A DNA stretch of 64,000 bases from Candidatus Sumerlaeia bacterium (GCA_033764015.1 JANRJK010000055.1:120441-184440); one strand, 5' to 3'; shown: positions 19,917 through 30,332, numbered from the stretch's first letter. Numbers and translations are program-made. Notes: a model not told the origin generated them from the letters alone.

Positions 19917-20198
19917 GGTTGGGGCCGGGGTGGCGCCGGGTACTCGTGGACAGGGGGCAGGAGTTGCCGCCGCCGCCGTGGGTGGCCAGAGCCGGGGAGT
20001 AGGCCTGACGCGGGGCCGCCAGCAACGCGAGACGGTGCCGGTTAGCGCTGGCGCGGGGTGCTTCATCGCATGGGGTCGGCGGTGGGGGGATGCGGAAATC
20101 CAAACCGAAGTCTCTTGGCGCCGCGCCCGCCGCCCCGGACGCGACCCGCCGCGCGGTTTCCCTTTCGCACGCGGCGCGGGCGCCGCCAAATCGCGCGC

Positions 20199-21071
20199 AT
20201 GGAACCGGTCTCCGTCGTGATCCCCGTGTACAACGAGCGCGGCGCCCTCGCGGCGGCGGCGCCGCGCTGGCGGCGCCTGCTCGAACAGCTCCCAGACGGC
20301 AGTGAGCTCGTCCTCGTGGACGACGGCTCGACGGATGGCGGCGGCGCGGAGCTGCGCGCGATCGCCGATGCCACGCCGGGCGCGCGGCTGCTCGCGCACC
20401 GCCGCAACCGGGGCTACGGCGCGGCGCTCAAGACCGGCATCGCCGCCGCCGCCAACGACTTGATCGCCATCACCGACGCGGACGGCACCTATCCCGCCGA
20501 GCGCATCCCCGAGCTGGCCGCGCCGGTCGCCGCGGGCGAGGCCGCCATGGTGGTCGCCGCGCGGTCGGAAAGGCACCTGCCGCTCCTGCGCCGGCCAGCC
20601 AAGGCCGCGCTCAAGTGGTTCGCCGAATACGTCTCCGGCGCGCGCATCCCGGACCTCAACTCGGGCCTGCGCGTGTTCCGCAAGCGCGAGGTGGCGCGCC
20701 TGCGCCGCCTGCTGCCGGACGGCTTCTCCTTCACCACCACGCTCACGCTGTCCCTCCTCACGGAGGACGAGCCGGTGCTGTTCGTCCCGATCCGCTACCG
20801 CGCGCGGGTGGGCAGCTCGAAGATCCGCCCGGTGCGCGACACGGCGAACTTCGCGCTGCTCATCATGCGCATCGCGGTGACGTTCAATCCGCTGCGGGTG
20901 TTCGGCCCGGCGGCGGTGTTGTTCCTGCTGGCGGGCGTGGCGCTGCTCGCGGCGCGCCTCGTGCTCCCGAACCCGGTCGGCATCGCGACCACGATCTCGT
21001 GCTTCGTCGCGGGGGTCCAGTTGCTCGCGGTGGGCTTGCTGGCGGACCTGGTGAACCGGCGGGCGCCGTAG
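20199..21071 (+). CDS. Glycosyltransferase family 2, polyprenol-phosphate glycosyltransferase (DPM/GtrB-like)
   Basis: SVVIPVYNE, VDDGSTD, NRGYG, DADGTY, DLNSGLR, two C-terminal TMs. Confidence 0.9.
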   Translation: MEPVSVVIPVYNERGALAAAAPRWRRLLEQLPDGSELVLVDDGSTDGGGAELRAIADATPGARLLAHRRNRGYGAALKTGIAAAANDLIAITDADGTYPAERIPELAAPVAAGEAAMVVAARSERHLPLLRRPAKAALKWFAEYVSGARIPDLNSGLRVFRKREVARLRRLLPDGFSFTTTLTLSLLTEDEPVLFVPIRYRARVGSSKIRPVRDTANFALLIMRIAVTFNPLRVFGPAAVLFLLAGVALLAARLVLPNPVGIATTISCFVAGVQLLAVGLLADLVNRRAP

Positions 21072-21182
21072 GGCGGGGGCGCTCTCGACCTCAACATTGC
21101 GCGATGCCCGATTCCCCTCGCATGCGCCGCGGCGCGTGATCATGGTGAACCGCAGCGCTCAGCCCACTTGAGGTCTCCAGCG

Positions 21183-24122
21183 ATGGCCCCGGAAGACATC
21201 GCAGGCATTCCCGACGACTCCGCAGGGAGGACGGTCTCGGTCTCCGGCCCCACCCAGGCGCCGGCCGACTTCTCCGCCCTTCTATCCCGGATGCCCCCGC
21301 TCACCGAAGGGATTCCCCGCGCCGCCGCCCCGCCCCGCTACGAGCTCAAGGAACAGATCGGCCGGGGTGGAATGGGAGTCGTCCACCGCGCGGTGCAGAC
21401 AACCCTCGGGCGGTTCGTCGCGGTCAAGCGGCTGAGAGGCGACACCGAGCCGAACCGGCTCCGCGAGCAGTTCCAGTTCCACCAGGAGGCGGTCATCGCC
21501 GCCCGCCTCGAGCATCCGAACATCGTGCCCGTGCACGACTTCGGCGTGGACGAGACGGGCGCCCCGATGCTGTCGATGAAGCTCGTGCGGGGGGAGCTCT
21601 GGACGGAGGCCATCAAGCGCGACTGGGCGTCGATGTCGCCCGACGACTTCCTCGCGAACCACATTCCGGTGCTCGCGCAGGTGGCCCAGGCGGTCGCCTT
21701 CGCCCACTCGAAGGGAGTGGTCCACCGCGACCTGAAGCCCTCGCAGGTCATGCTGGGCTCCTACGGCGAGGTGTTGCTGATGGATTGGGGTCTCGCCCTC
21801 CTCGTCGAGCGCGAGGAGGGGCCCGATCGGGACAAGATCGGCGACCCGACACCTCCGATCGCACTGCCCGACCGCGCGTCGGCATCCTCCCCCGGGGGCA
21901 CGCCGTCCTACATGGCGCCGGAGCAGACCGGGACCCAGACATCGTACATCGGCCCGTGGACCGACGTGTATCTGCTCGGCGGCATCCTGTACCTGCTCCT
22001 CACCGGTTCGCCCCCGCATGCGGCGGCGAACGCCCAGAAGGCGGCGGCGCTCGCGCGCGCGGGAATGGTCGAGGATCCCCGGGCGCGGGCCCCGCGCCGA
22101 TCCATGCCGGATGACCTGGTGCGCCTCGCAATCGACGCGCTCGAGCCGCTCCCGCCGGACCGCATTTCCAGCGCGGCGGATTTCCACGCCCGGCTGCGCG
22201 ACCACTTGACCGGCGCGTCGCGCCGGCAGGAGGCGGAGACGCTGGTCCGCGACGCCGCCGGCGCGGCCGCCGCGGGGCTCGCGGATTACGCGGACTGCGC
22301 CGAGGCGGCGAACAAGCTCCGCCGCGCCGAGACGCTTTGGCCCGGCGCGCCGCGCCGCGCCGACACCGCCGCGGAGGTGCACGCCGCGTGGGCCGAACTC
22401 GCGCTCGCGCGGGGCGACCTACAGCTCGCCGAGATCGAAGCCCGCGAGGTTCCCGCCGACCGGGGCGCGCTTCTGCTCGGCCGCGTCGCCCGCGCCTCCG
22501 AGGCGAGGCGCCGCGAACGCTCTCAGCGCCGCGCCGCCGTCGCGGGCGCCTTCCTGCTGCTCGCAGCCCTCCTCGCGTCCTCTCTGCTCTTCACCCGCGA
22601 GGTCGACGCGCGCCGCGCCGCCGCCGAGCGCGACCGCCGGACCGCCGCTTCCCGCGCGGAGTCGGCGCGCGGGTTCGCCCGGTACATGCTGGAGGACCTG
22701 GGCGAGTTCCTCGACCCGCAGGTGGAGCGCGACCAGCGGCTCATCGGCGGCATCGCCGAAGAGGTGATGCGCCACTTCCGCGGGCTCGATGTGACCGGAG
22801 ACGCGGTGGAGTTCCGCCTCGCCCACGCGGCGTCCTTGGAGTCGGCCGCGAGGTCCCTTCTTGAACTCGCCCGCCCGGCCGACGCCTTGGAACTGGTTCG
22901 CGCCGCCATCGTGATCCTCCGTACCGACGCGCCGTCGGACCGCGTGGCGCTCTGCGAGCACCTCTCGATCGAGGCCGAGTGCCTCGCGGGCCTCGGAGAT
23001 TTCCCCGGCGCGCTCGCCTCGGCCGAAGCCGCCATCGCCGAGTGGCGCGCCTCCGGCTCGGCAGCCGGCGTCGAGTACGCCGAGGCGGCGAACAACCGGG
23101 GCGCCGTGCTGGCGCGGTTCGGCCGTGTGCCCGAAGCCCTCTCCGATCTCCGCGAAGCGGCGGAGATCCGCTCCCGGATCCTCGGGCCCGACAACATCCT
23201 GACCCTCGAGTCCCGCCTCAACGTGGCCGTACTCACGATGATGGGAGGCGCGATGGAGGAGGCGCGGGATCTCGCCACCGCCGTCGAGCGCGAGGCGCAG
23301 GCCGCACATCCCGAAGAGTCGATTTCCCTGGAGGCGAAACGCCTCCTCGTGTCGCTCGACTCCTACGCGCAGCGCTACGACCGCAACGTGGAGACGATGC
23401 GTTCCCTCGCCGCCGAGTATATCCGCCGCTACGGTCCCATGCACCCGCTCTCGCTCCGGGCGCGTGGCGACCTGTCGCGGATCTACAGCTCGGCCGAGCG
23501 CTTTCCCGAAGCCGTCGCGGAGTCCCGCGCGGTGATCGCGGACATGGAGGGGCTCGAGCGGGCGGACCTACCTTCGCTCACCTCGCTCTATGACACTTTG
23601 GGAGAGGCGCTGCTCGCCGACGGACGCCGCGCGGAGGCGCGGGAGACCGCGCTCCGCTGCCTCGCATACCGCCTCGAGTCCCTCCCGGGCGACGAAAGCG
23701 GCCTCGCCAATACCTACTCGATCCTCTCCCGGGCGGACGATCCCGGCGCCAACGTCCCGCTTTCGGAGCGCCTCGAAGCGGCCGACAAGGCCCTCGCCTT
23801 CTTCCGTAGGGGCAGCATCAGGGCTTCGCCCAGCCACTTCCACGCGGCGGTGGCGCGGGCGGATCTCTTGGATCGCTGCGACACCCCCGATCCGGACCAA
23901 TGGCTCGAGGCGTACGAGGTGGGTGTGAGCACTTATGGCCCGGCCTCCGAGGCCGCCGTGAACGCGGGTGTGCAGGCCGCCCGCTCCCGCTTCGAAGCGG
24001 GACAGCCGGACGATGCGCGCGCGCTGCTCCGACGCGTCTTGGACGCCAAGGGCGGGACGACCTTGGACGCCACGGTCGAGCAGTCCATCAGCGAGACCCG
24101 CCACTTGCTCGGCCTCGACTAG
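21183..24122 (+). CDS. Hanks-type Ser/Thr kinase with one TM and C-terminal TPR repeats
   Basis: GRGGMG, VAVK, HPNIVPVHD, HRDLKPSQ, DWG, GTPSYMAPE, DVYLLG; TM AAVAGAFLLLAALLASSLLF; kinesin-light-chain-like TPRs. Confidence 0.92.
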   Translation: MAPEDIAGIPDDSAGRTVSVSGPTQAPADFSALLSRMPPLTEGIPRAAAPPRYELKEQIGRGGMGVVHRAVQTTLGRFVAVKRLRGDTEPNRLREQFQFHQEAVIAARLEHPNIVPVHDFGVDETGAPMLSMKLVRGELWTEAIKRDWASMSPDDFLANHIPVLAQVAQAVAFAHSKGVVHRDLKPSQVMLGSYGEVLLMDWGLALLVEREEGPDRDKIGDPTPPIALPDRASASSPGGTPSYMAPEQTGTQTSYIGPWTDVYLLGGILYLLLTGSPPHAAANAQKAAALARAGMVEDPRARAPRRSMPDDLVRLAIDALEPLPPDRISSAADFHARLRDHLTGASRRQEAETLVRDAAGAAAAGLADYADCAEAANKLRRAETLWPGAPRRADTAAEVHAAWAELALARGDLQLAEIEAREVPADRGALLLGRVARASEARRRERSQRRAAVAGAFLLLAALLASSLLFTREVDARRAAAERDRRTAASRAESARGFARYMLEDLGEFLDPQVERDQRLIGGIAEEVMRHFRGLDVTGDAVEFRLAHAASLESAARSLLELARPADALELVRAAIVILRTDAPSDRVALCEHLSIEAECLAGLGDFPGALASAEAAIAEWRASGSAAGVEYAEAANNRGAVLARFGRVPEALSDLREAAEIRSRILGPDNILTLESRLNVAVLTMMGGAMEEARDLATAVEREAQAAHPEESISLEAKRLLVSLDSYAQRYDRNVETMRSLAAEYIRRYGPMHPLSLRARGDLSRIYSSAERFPEAVAESRAVIADMEGLERADLPSLTSLYDTLGEALLADGRRAEARETALRCLAYRLESLPGDESGLANTYSILSRADDPGANVPLSERLEAADKALAFFRRGSIRASPSHFHAAVARADLLDRCDTPDPDQWLEAYEVGVSTYGPASEAAVNAGVQAARSRFEAGQPDDARALLRRVLDAKGGTTLDATVEQSISETRHLLGLD

Positions 24123-24132
24123 ACCCGCGCTC

Positions 24133-25164
24133 CTAATCCTCCGCCGTTCCGTCCCCGGGCGCCGCTTCCTCCGGCGCCTCGCCCACGAAGCGCGTCGGCA
24201 CTTCCCACGCATCGCGGCCCCGCTCGCGAAGGTAGCGCACCAGCGGCGCGGTGTAGCCGTGCGTCACGCCGACGCGCTCCGCGCCGGTGGCGTCGATGGC
24301 GGCGAGGAGCCCCGGCCAGTCCGCGTGGTCGGAGATCGCGAAGCCGCGCTCGACCGCTCGACGCCGGCGCGTGCCGCGAAGCGCCATCCAGCCGGAGGCG
24401 AACGCCAGCGCCGCGTCGCCGAAGCGTCGCAGCCACGGCGAACCCGCCACCGCCGGCGGCGCGATCACCAGCGCGCGCCCCTTCCCCGCGGCGGACGCTT
24501 CCGCGTCGGCGTGCGCCCAGGGCGCCAGCGTCCGCCCCGCGCGCGCGTACTCTTCGCTCAGCGCCACCGCCGCGCCGTGCAGCAGGATCGGCCCCTCGCC
24601 CGCGTCGATCCCCGCGAGCAGCCGCTGCGCCTTCCCCAGCGAGTACGCCATCAGGATGCTGGTGCGGCCCTCCTCGCGGTTCGCGCGCCACCAGCGGTGG
24701 ATCGCGTCGAAGACCGTTTCCGCCGGCTCCCAGCGGTACACCGGCAGGCCGAAGGTCGACTCCGTGATAAAGACGCGGCAGCGCACCGGCTCGAACGGCG
24801 AGCACGTCGGGTCGGGCGTGGTCTTGTAGTCGCCCGCCGCGACCCATACATCGCCGCCGTGTTCGAGGCGTACCTGCGCGGATCCGAGGATGTGCCCCGC
24901 GGGATGGAGCGACACGCGCACGCCGCCGACCTCGCGGGTCTCGCCCCAGTCAAGCGCCTCGATCACCGCGTCGGCGCCGAGCCGCCTGCGCAGCACGCCC
25001 TCGCCTTCGCGGCTGCAGAGGTACGCCCCGCAACCCACCCGCGCGTGGTCGCTGTGCGCGTGGGTGACGATGGCGCGCTCGACGGGGCGCCAGGGATCGA
25101 CGTGGAAGCCGCCCGGCGCGCAGTGGAGGCCGTGCTCCGTGGGAACCAAGAGGTCGCCGCGCAT
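24133..25164 (-). CDS. Ligase-associated DNA damage response exonuclease (metallo-beta-lactamase/beta-CASP-like)
   Basis: VDPWRPVERAIVTHAHSDH, PAGHILGSAQ, GDYK, ITESTFGLP, YSLGKAQR, ASGWM, SDHADW, THG. Confidence 0.92.
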   Translation of the reverse strand: MRGDLLVPTEHGLHCAPGGFHVDPWRPVERAIVTHAHSDHARVGCGAYLCSREGEGVLRRRLGADAVIEALDWGETREVGGVRVSLHPAGHILGSAQVRLEHGGDVWVAAGDYKTTPDPTCSPFEPVRCRVFITESTFGLPVYRWEPAETVFDAIHRWWRANREEGRTSILMAYSLGKAQRLLAGIDAGEGPILLHGAAVALSEEYARAGRTLAPWAHADAEASAAGKGRALVIAPPAVAGSPWLRRFGDAALAFASGWMALRGTRRRRAVERGFAISDHADWPGLLAAIDATGAERVGVTHGYTAPLVRYLRERGRDAWEVPTRFVGEAPEEAAPGDGTAED

Positions 25165-25207
25165 CGCCTCCGCAGCGGAGCGCGCGGCGTGCCGCCGTGT
25201 CGAGCCG

Positions 25208-27577
25208 CTACCAGCGCGCCGCGGGGCGGGGAATCGCCCGCGGGCGCGACTCCTCGACCGCGGGCGCCTCCGCGGCGGGTTCGTCGTAGGCGTCGCCGGA
25301 CGGGACGGGCTCCGTGCCGTCCCCGACGCGTCCCGCCTCCGGGTCCGGCGCGGGCACCGGCGGCTCGGGTTCGGGAAGGGCCGCCTCGACAGGCACGCCG
25401 GGAAGCGAGAGGACGGCGCGGTGCTCCGCGGGCTTGCGGCGCCACAGCTCGTTCGCGACGCGCGCCCAAAGCGGCCCCGCCGTCCGGCCGCCGGTCCAGC
25501 CGTCGCCCATCGCCAGCGGGCGGTCGAAGCCCACCCACGCGACGATCGTCTCCTCCGGCGTGAAGCCGGCGAACCAGGCGTCGCGGTTGCTGTTCGTGGT
25601 GCCGGTCTTCCCCGCGGCGCGGAGCGCCAACTCGGGGTCGAGCAGTTCCGCCGTGCCCCGCCCGGTCCCCGTGGTGATCGCCGTGTGGAGCATCGCCGCG
25701 AGCGTGTCCGCCGCGGCGGAGGAGAGGACGCGCTCCGGCGTGGTCGAAGCGCGCAGCCCCGCGTCGCGTCCCGCGCTGTTGGAAGCGCGGCGGACGAAGG
25801 CGGGCCCGCGCGCCTCGCCGGAATTCGCGAGCGCCTGGTACGCCGCAGCCATCTCGAGCGGCGTCGCCTCGCTCGCGCCGAGCACCACGCTCCACTCCTC
25901 CGGCAGGCGCCAGGGTTCCGCGCCGTGCCGCTGGAACCGCGCGACCGTCGCGAGCGCCGGATCCAGGCCGATGCGCTGCACCAGCCGGATCACGCCGACG
26001 TTGGACGAATGCGCGAGCGCCTGCTCGACCGTGATCTGTCCGCGGAACACGCCGCCGTAGTTGCGCGGCGCGAACCCGTTCGGGAACTCGAGCGGCGTGT
26101 CGGAAACGAAATCGCCGCGCTCGACGCCGCGCTCCAGCGCGGCCGCGTAGAAGAAGGGCTTGATGGTCGAACCCGGCTGGCGGCGCGCCTGCACCGCGCG
26201 GTTGAAGGAGCCCACCAGCGGCTGGCCGCCCACCGCCCGCCCGCCCGCCAGCGCGAGCACCTCGCCGCTGTCGTTGTCGATCACCACCACCGCGCCCTGC
26301 AGCGGCGACGCCGGAAGCAGCCGCGCCTGGAAGAGGCGCTTCGCCGGATCGAGCGACAGCACCTGCAGGTCGACCCCCGCGCCGGCGACGACGCCGGCCT
26401 CCTCGCTGAAGTACGCCGCCGCCGCGTCCGGCACCGGCACGTCCCCGCGCCACCCCCCCGGTAGCTCCACCACCAGCGAACGCGAGAAGCGCCGCACCAC
26501 CGTGCCCATGCGGACCTGTCCCGCCTCCGGCTGCTCGAAGAACGCCGCGTCCGACCGCGCCTCCTCGAAGCGCTTGCGCCGCGCGGGGAAGAACTCCGGC
26601 TCGATCGCGGCGAGGTGCTCCGCGAGCGCCGTCTCCGCGATGCGCTGCGCGTCCGGATCGACCGTGCTGTGGATCGTGAGCCCGGCGGTCTGCAGGTCGG
26701 TGCCTTCCAGCTGCGGCATCGCGGCAAGCTCGCGCCGGAGCGCGTCGATGAAGTGCGCCCCCGCCACGCCGCGCGCGGGGCGGTCCGGCGGCACCGGTTC
26801 CGGCGCCAGGATCGCCGCGTCGAACTCCGGCGGCGCGAGGTAGCCGAGCTGCAGCATCCGGCCCAGCACCTGGTCGCGCCGCGCGCGGGCCAGCCCCGGG
26901 TCGTTCACCGGAGTGAAGCGCTCCGGGCGCTGCGGCAGCCCCGCCAGCGTGGCCGCCTCGACGACGTCCAGCTCCGAAGCGGACTTGCCGAAGCAGAGCT
27001 GCGCCGCCGCCTCGACGCCGTAGGCGCCGCCGCCCAGGTAGATCTGGTTCAGGTAGACCTCGAGGATCTGGTCCTTCGAGTACGCCCGCTCCATCTGCAC
27101 CGCCACGAGCATCTCGCGCAGCTTGCGCTGCAGCGAGCGCTCGCGCCCCACCCGGTCCACCAGGTTACGGGCGAGCTGCTGCGTGATCGTGGAAGCGCCC
27201 TGCGACGCCGTGCGCCGCACCGCGTTCAGCACCGCCGCCCGCAGGATCCCCCGGGGATCGACCCCGAGGTGGGAGCGGAAATTGTGGTCCTCGATGGCGA
27301 CGAAGCACTCCGGCAGCATCGGCGCCATCTCGCCGAGCCGCACCACGCGGCGGCGCTGCTCGAAGAGCGCCGCGTAGGGGCGCCCCTCGCGGTCGAGCAC
27401 CGTGGTGGCCTCGGGGGGATCGTAGCGCTCGAAGTCCTCCAGCGGCGGCGCGTGGCCCAGCCACGCCGCAAGGCCGCCGTAGCCCGCGCCCACCGCCGCC
27501 ACGGAGGCCGTGAACGCGATCCATCCGGCGGCGAGGAGGCCGCCGCGGGCCAGGCGTCGGGGCAGGGAGGCGATCAT
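25208..27577 (-). CDS. Class A penicillin-binding protein (PBP1A family transglycosylase/transpeptidase)
   Basis: EDHNF, GASTITQQLARN, RKLREM, YLNQIYLG; STIK (SxxK), SSN (SxN), KTG. Confidence 0.95.
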   Translation of the reverse strand: MIASLPRRLARGGLLAAGWIAFTASVAAVGAGYGGLAAWLGHAPPLEDFERYDPPEATTVLDREGRPYAALFEQRRRVVRLGEMAPMLPECFVAIEDHNFRSHLGVDPRGILRAAVLNAVRRTASQGASTITQQLARNLVDRVGRERSLQRKLREMLVAVQMERAYSKDQILEVYLNQIYLGGGAYGVEAAAQLCFGKSASELDVVEAATLAGLPQRPERFTPVNDPGLARARRDQVLGRMLQLGYLAPPEFDAAILAPEPVPPDRPARGVAGAHFIDALRRELAAMPQLEGTDLQTAGLTIHSTVDPDAQRIAETALAEHLAAIEPEFFPARRKRFEEARSDAAFFEQPEAGQVRMGTVVRRFSRSLVVELPGGWRGDVPVPDAAAAYFSEEAGVVAGAGVDLQVLSLDPAKRLFQARLLPASPLQGAVVVIDNDSGEVLALAGGRAVGGQPLVGSFNRAVQARRQPGSTIKPFFYAAALERGVERGDFVSDTPLEFPNGFAPRNYGGVFRGQITVEQALAHSSNVGVIRLVQRIGLDPALATVARFQRHGAEPWRLPEEWSVVLGASEATPLEMAAAYQALANSGEARGPAFVRRASNSAGRDAGLRASTTPERVLSSAAADTLAAMLHTAITTGTGRGTAELLDPELALRAAGKTGTTNSNRDAWFAGFTPEETIVAWVGFDRPLAMGDGWTGGRTAGPLWARVANELWRRKPAEHRAVLSLPGVPVEAALPEPEPPVPAPDPEAGRVGDGTEPVPSGDAYDEPAAEAPAVEESRPRAIPRPAARW

Positions 27578-27758
27578 GGCGCCAGCGCCCCCCGCGAAGC
27601 CCAACAGGCTCAAGTTCAATCGCCTGCGCCACCCGCAAACCGATAACGATGAGGGAGTTTCTCGTTGCTCCTTGGCGTTGGCCACGAAACCCTTTTACTT
27701 CTGCTGAACACAACGCTCTCGAACCGTCGAGGCCATACCCGCAACGGAGCTCCACCCC

Positions 27759-29846
27759 ATGAAGGTCTATCGCACCGAACAAATCAGAAACGTCGCCCTC
27801 ACGGGGCATTCCGGTTCGGGGAAGACAACGCTGGCGGAGGCGCTCCTGTTTCGCAACGGCTCCATCCCCAAGATGGGGCGCACCGAAACCAAGAACACGC
27901 AGTCCGACTACGACCCCGTCGAGCAGGAGCGCCAGATCTCCGTCAACGTGTCGCTGCTCCCCGTCGACACCGAGTCGCACAAGTTCAACATCATCGACTG
28001 CCCCGGCTCCCGCGACTTCGTCGGCGACATGAAGAACGGCATCCGCGTCGCCGAAATGTCGCTCCTGGTCCTCGACGCCGTCGGCGCGGTCGAGGTCGGG
28101 ACCGAGTTCGCCTGGGACTACTCGCTCGAGTACCAGGTCCCGCGCGCCGTCTTCGTGAACAAGATGGACAAGGACCGCGCGAACTTCCGCCGCTGCCTCG
28201 ACTCCGTCGCCGCCGCCTTCGAGACGCAGGTGGTCGCCCTCACGCTCCCGATCGGGGAAGGCACCGAATTCAAGGGCGTCATCGACCTGCTCCGCATGAA
28301 GGCCGTCTACGAGGACGAGCGCGGCGTCGAGCGGCTCGAGGAGATCCCCGCGGCGATGCGCGCCGAGGCGGACGCCGCCCGCAAGGCGATGATCGAGGCC
28401 GCCGCCGAGGGCGACGACGAACTCACCGAGAAGTTCCTCATGGAGGAGGAACTGTCCCTCGAAGAGGTCATGCGCGGCCTCCGCGAGGACCTCGTCGACG
28501 GACGCTGGGTCCCCGCGCTCTGCGGCAGCGCCACCTCCCTCAAGGGCCTTTCGATCCTGCAGCAGTTCCTCATCAACGAGTGCCCTTCGCCCGACCAGCG
28601 CCGCGGCTTCCACGTCCTGACAGACGACCACTCGGCGGAGCTCGTCCCCTTCAGCAGCGCCGGGCCGTTCAGCGCCTACGTCTTCAAGACCGTGAACGAC
28701 GACTACGCCGGGCGCCTCTCGCTCTTCAAGGTCGTCACCGGCGAAGTCGCCGGCGACGGCATCCTCGCAAACCTCAACCACCACCAGCAGGAGCGCGTCG
28801 GGCACGTCTTCGACGTCCGCGGCAAGGCCCAGCTGCCGGTCGAGAAGATCTGCACCGGCGACATCGGCGCCTTCGCCAAGCTCACCTACACCCACACCGG
28901 CGACACCATCGCGGACCCGAAGTACACGGGCCGGGTCTACGAGATCACCCGCCTGCCCAAGCCCTCCGCGCACATGGCCCTCCACGTGAAGAACCGCACG
29001 GACGAGGACAAGATCTCGCTCACGCTGCACCGCATCCTCGAAGCCGACCCCACGCTCCACCTCGAGCGCGACTCGGCGAACGCGCAGACGATCCTCCACG
29101 GCATGGGCGACACGCACCTCGAGGTGGCGCTCCTCCGCATCAAGGCCGCCGCGAAGGTCGAGGTGGAGCTGGTGCCGCCCCGCATCGCCTACCGCGAGAC
29201 GATCACCCGCAAGGCCGAGGGCCAGGGTAAGTACAAGAAGCAATCGGGCGGGCGCGGACAGTACGGCGACTGCCACATCCGCTTCGAGCCGCTCGAGCGC
29301 GGCGGCGGCTTCCAGTTCGAGTGGGAGATCGTCGGCGGCGTCATCCCGACGAACTTCAAGGGCTCCGTCGAAAAGGGCCTCCTCGAATCGATCCACCACG
29401 GCACCCTCGCCGGCTTCCCCGTGGTCGACCTGAAGGCCGCCTGCTACTACGGCTCCTACCACGCGGTCGACTCGTCCGACATGGCATTCCAGGTCGCGGC
29501 GTCGCTCGCGTTCAAGGAGGTCATCCCGAAGTGCGCCCCGGTGATCCTCGAACCGTTCCACACGGTGACGGTCTTCGTGCCGGACCAGTACATGGGCGAC
29601 GTCATGGGCTACATCTCCCAGCACCGCGGGCGCATCTCGGGCAACGAGTCGGAGTCGCACAAGGTGACGATCATCGCCGAAATGCCGCAGGGCGAAATGC
29701 TGACCTTCAGCCGCGACCTCCGCAGCATGACGCAGGGGCGCGGCGTCTACGAGTCGGAATTCTCGCACTACGAGGCGGCGCCGCCCCCGGTGCAGGAGAA
29801 GGTCATCGCCGACGCGAAGGAGTTCGCCGCGCAGCAGGCCGGCTAA
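27759..29846 (+). CDS. fusA: Elongation factor G paralogue (EF-G2-like)
   Basis: GHSGSGKTT, NKMD, KQSGGRGQYG, YHAVDSSDMAF, LRSMTQGRG. Degenerate switch motifs and location outside the str operon. Confidence 0.93.
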   Translation: MKVYRTEQIRNVALTGHSGSGKTTLAEALLFRNGSIPKMGRTETKNTQSDYDPVEQERQISVNVSLLPVDTESHKFNIIDCPGSRDFVGDMKNGIRVAEMSLLVLDAVGAVEVGTEFAWDYSLEYQVPRAVFVNKMDKDRANFRRCLDSVAAAFETQVVALTLPIGEGTEFKGVIDLLRMKAVYEDERGVERLEEIPAAMRAEADAARKAMIEAAAEGDDELTEKFLMEEELSLEEVMRGLREDLVDGRWVPALCGSATSLKGLSILQQFLINECPSPDQRRGFHVLTDDHSAELVPFSSAGPFSAYVFKTVNDDYAGRLSLFKVVTGEVAGDGILANLNHHQQERVGHVFDVRGKAQLPVEKICTGDIGAFAKLTYTHTGDTIADPKYTGRVYEITRLPKPSAHMALHVKNRTDEDKISLTLHRILEADPTLHLERDSANAQTILHGMGDTHLEVALLRIKAAAKVEVELVPPRIAYRETITRKAEGQGKYKKQSGGRGQYGDCHIRFEPLERGGGFQFEWEIVGGVIPTNFKGSVEKGLLESIHHGTLAGFPVVDLKAACYYGSYHAVDSSDMAFQVAASLAFKEVIPKCAPVILEPFHTVTVFVPDQYMGDVMGYISQHRGRISGNESESHKVTIIAEMPQGEMLTFSRDLRSMTQGRGVYESEFSHYEAAPPPVQEKVIADAKEFAAQQAG

Positions 29847-30014
29847 CCCAACCGTCCGGGCAGCGAAGGAATCCACCGCCGGTTGGAGCGAAACGCTCCA
29901 GCCGGCCTTCCTGTTCTCCGCAATGCCCCGTTATTCGGATTGACCCCCCGGCGCGACAATCCGGCCCTATCGGGACTCCCGAGTAGTGCAGCCTTGAAGA
30001 GCCGGTGATCAGGC

Positions 30015-30332
30015 ATGACCAAAGCCAAGGTGGTCGCGGTGCTCATGGAGCGGACGGGCTTGTCCCGCCGTGACGCGACGGTCGCTGTGGAAGTGTTCAT
30101 GGACCAAGTGAAGGCGGGCTTGTCGCGCGACGAGAAGGTCTCCCTCGTCGGATTCGGCACGTTTTACGTCAAGGTCCAGCGGGCGCGCCAAGGGCGCAAC
30201 CCGCGGACCGGCCAGTCCATCGCCATCCCAGAGAAGCGCGTGACCGTGTTCAAGCCCGGCAAGTCGTTCCGCGCCATGGTGAATGGCCTCAGCGAGGATG
30301 AGGTCTCCGACGACGACGGCGGGGACGAGTAG
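30015..30332 (+). CDS. HU/IHF family DNA-binding protein
   Basis: MTKA, VSLVGFGTF, RQGRNPRTG, VFKPGK; acidic C-terminal tail. Confidence 0.95.
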   Translation: MTKAKVVAVLMERTGLSRRDATVAVEVFMDQVKAGLSRDEKVSLVGFGTFYVKVQRARQGRNPRTGQSIAIPEKRVTVFKPGKSFRAMVNGLSEDEVSDDDGGDE

